Below, one piece after another: positions 62,001 through 64,000 of a DNA stretch of 64,000 bases (position 1 is its first letter; each line of letters begins with the position of its first letter). Made by a program: the position numbers and the translations under genes. The notes under the pieces were generated by a model. It made no database searches. It was given only the letters and a program-made list of their open reading frames with translations, and was not told where the DNA came from. The stretch is from Cyanophora paradoxa CCMP329 (taxonomy: Eukaryota > Plantae > Glaucophyta), in contig QPMI01000527.1 of the NCBI GenBank assembly GCA_004431415.1, forward strand, positions 62,001 through 126,000, read 5' to 3'.

Positions 62001-64000
62001 GTGATCGGGAAGCTCTTCTCGGCGGACACGCTCCTCGGCGTCTTCCCCGTCCCCATCGACTCCCAGGTCCGAAGGGGGCGGACAGGCGAACACATAAGGA
62101 CGGGAACAAGATCGGGCGTACAATAGGGCCTCCAATGAGCCTCTTATAGAAGCTGTCCTCCCCGCCACCATTCCTTCTCGCCTCCCCCGCCTCCACTCCC
62201 TCCTAACCTCCTAACCCCCCGGCCCCGCGCAGACGCTCCTGGCCTCGATGGAGACGCTGGAGTCGACGGGGGTCGTGGAGCGCGTGCCCGCGGCGCTCAC
62301 CCTCGCCAACATGCGCTCCGCCTTCTCCGCCCTCGACTCCCTCCAGTGGACCTTCGCCTCCAACATGGTCCGCTTCTCAACTAGCTAGCTTCTTGAATCT
62401 ATATCTATTATTGTTGTTAGATCTCTTATTATTGTTAGTGGACCTTCGCCTCGAACATGGTCCCCGCGCCCCGCCCCCCTCTCTTATGAGATCTCTTACT
62501 GTTAGATCTCTTACTTAGCTAACTAAGTAACCTGCTAGATCTTAGATCTTAGATCTTACTCAGATCTTCTTAGAGCTCTTATTACTGTTAGATCTCCCTC
62601 CAGTGGACCTTCGCCTCCAACATGGTCCGCTTCTCAACTAGCTAGCTTCTTAGATCTCTTAGACTAACTTCTTAGATCTCGTATTGTTAGATCTGCTTTT
62701 CCCTCTTCCTTGCTGTTGCTTATCTGAGTAAACTGACCCGCTACCTCAGGTCCACGAGGTGGCCCTCTCGCTCCTCACGTGCGCCATCCTCCCCTCCGCC
62801 CCCTCTCCTCCCCGCCTCACGCGCGCCCCTCCCTGCCCGCAGGTACGCGTCGCGGTGCGAGATGCACAAGCGGATCGGGGAGTACCTCGAGGAACACTTC
62901 AAGGGCGCCCCCGGTGCGCCAGGGAGGGAGCGGGGCAGCGCGTCCCAGCGCTTAGCAGCACTCTCCACGCCCTGCGCCAGGCGGCCCAGCCTGATAGACC
63001 CCCTAGCTCCAAGCACAGCAGCGCATTGCAGCGCGCCCGCGCTAGGGAAACAAACAGACTCGATTCCTACATCTTCCTAGCTCCACCACGCCCCCACTGC
63101 CCCTCTTACTCGTCCCAGCGCTTAGCAGCGCTCTCTGCGCGCCTTAAAGCGCCAGGCGGCCCAGCCTGCTAGACCTCCTAGCTCCAAGCAGAGCTTCGCG
63201 TTGCAGCCCGCCCGCTAGCGTCACCTCCCCACGACCTCAAATCCCCCCCTGCCCCCCTTTCTCAACTCCTCCCTCCTCTCCCCCCCCCCCCCCCCCCCCC
63301 CCCCCCAAGACGCGAGCGACCTAGACCCCCTAGCTCCAAGCAGAGCAGCGCGCCCGCGCAAGGGAAGCAGACTCGACTCCTGCATCCTCCTAGCTCCACC
63401 ACGCACCCACTGTCCCTCTTGCTCTTTCTCACTCGCCCGCTTTCCCCCCAGACGCGACGATGACGCTGGCGGACTACGTGGTCCTCTCCACGCACTTCGC
63501 CGAGGCCGGCGACTCCCCCGACGTCCTCGAGAAGGTCCCCCGCTTCCCTCCCTTCCTCCTCTCTCCCCTCACTGACTTCGCCCCTTCGGAAGGCCGTCTC
63601 CTACTCCCTCCGCGCCGGCTCCCTCGCCGAGAACAAGGTGCGGAGAAGCCCGACGAGCCTAGCTAGGCTTAGTACCTGAGCACTCTCCTCACCTTGCCTT
63701 TCTCACGCGCCCGCCCCCGCCCCCGCCCCCCCGCGCAGTTCTCGAACCAGGAGGCGTGCACGTTCTACCTGACGGCACTGCACCTCTGCGAGAAGCTCGG
63801 GGAGGCCCGCTCGCCCCGCGTCGCCCAGCTCTACCGCCGCCTCGGCGACGTCCAGGTCCGAGCCCGGCCGCTTTAAGCAGAATTACGTTTAGTTAGGTAG
63901 AAAGAAGAGCGCGCGAGCGAGCGGGGCCGCCGCTGCCTGCGCCTCGCCTGCCGGAGGCTTCTAGCTTACGAGTGGATTCTAAATTAGTAAGACCGATGAG
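56026..64000 (+). CDS. Soluble class III nucleotidyl cyclase of the sAC (ADCY10)/Dictyostelium SgcA type: tandem cyclase domains + AAA/STAND-like NTPase + TPR-like region; 3' truncated by the window
   Basis: Spliced motifs: LLFCDIKGFTALMEK..GIEQLS..GDVICVDGDALIVMF; WLAEFRVITSVFV; EGSLQSLVVDDKGCIALVAFGLPPFSHKEDPLRA; SIGISTGRAFCTLVGNEKRCQYAIYGDSVNVAARLM; LKGK; MIGREQE; IKDLQWGDSSSL; CQGNPSY; MHKRIGEYLE. Confidence 0.88.
62339..62651. repeat. Duplicated exon end + donor site (54-bp copy plus a partial copy) inside a cyclase intron
   Basis: ccctccagtggaccttcgcctccaacatggtccgcttctcaactagctagcttctt at ~62339 and ~62596; partial copy at ~62438. Confidence 0.92.
62941..63420. repeat. Patchwork of 100-170-bp imperfect direct repeats with a poly-C tract in a cyclase intron
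   Basis: cgtcccagcgcttagcagc at 62941 and 63111; tagacc(c/t)ctagctccaagc-like unit x3; cagactcga.tcct.catc.tcctagctccaccacgc x2. Confidence 0.85.

Noticed and set aside
1-64000. tRNA/rRNA/snRNA genes and autonomous transposases
   Set aside because: None recognised by eye; a covariance-model or HMM search was not possible.

Overview
This is GC-rich, intron-dense eukaryotic nuclear DNA from a flagellated alga or protist. A radial-spoke gene is present; the style is compatible with a glaucophyte such as Cyanophora, but that is only inference. Most ORFs in the track are shadow ORFs or exon fragments, so I spliced the genes by hand. Gene content, left to right: an intronless, retroelement-like minus-strand ORF region containing an AT-rich foreign-looking insert; a TPR-like/CCCH/RING-H2 gene; three MITEs (one hAT-type, and a TA-target element nested in a Harbinger-like one); a secreted (SP)n glycoprotein; a frameshifted ZIP zinc transporter copy; RSP8/RSPH14; a CBM48+SPRY gene; an inverted relic of the HEAT gene's last exon; an unknown helical/SAM-like gene; a START-domain gene; a ~16 kb HEAT-repeat gene; an intact ZIP copy; and a soluble nucleotidyl cyclase (sAC/SgcA-like) that runs off the end. 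The most unusual signal is in the introns. Splice junctions are repeatedly duplicated around AT-rich filler built from a shared short vocabulary (TAAGAATCT/TAGATCT/CTAG). Some introns are bracketed by 9-11 bp direct repeats, GC donors are frequent with a GYNCG consensus, and repeat copies often differ by CpA/TpG versus TpA. Together these suggest an active junction-duplication/filler process that expands, and may create, introns. Exon boundaries and 5' ends are manual and approximate.
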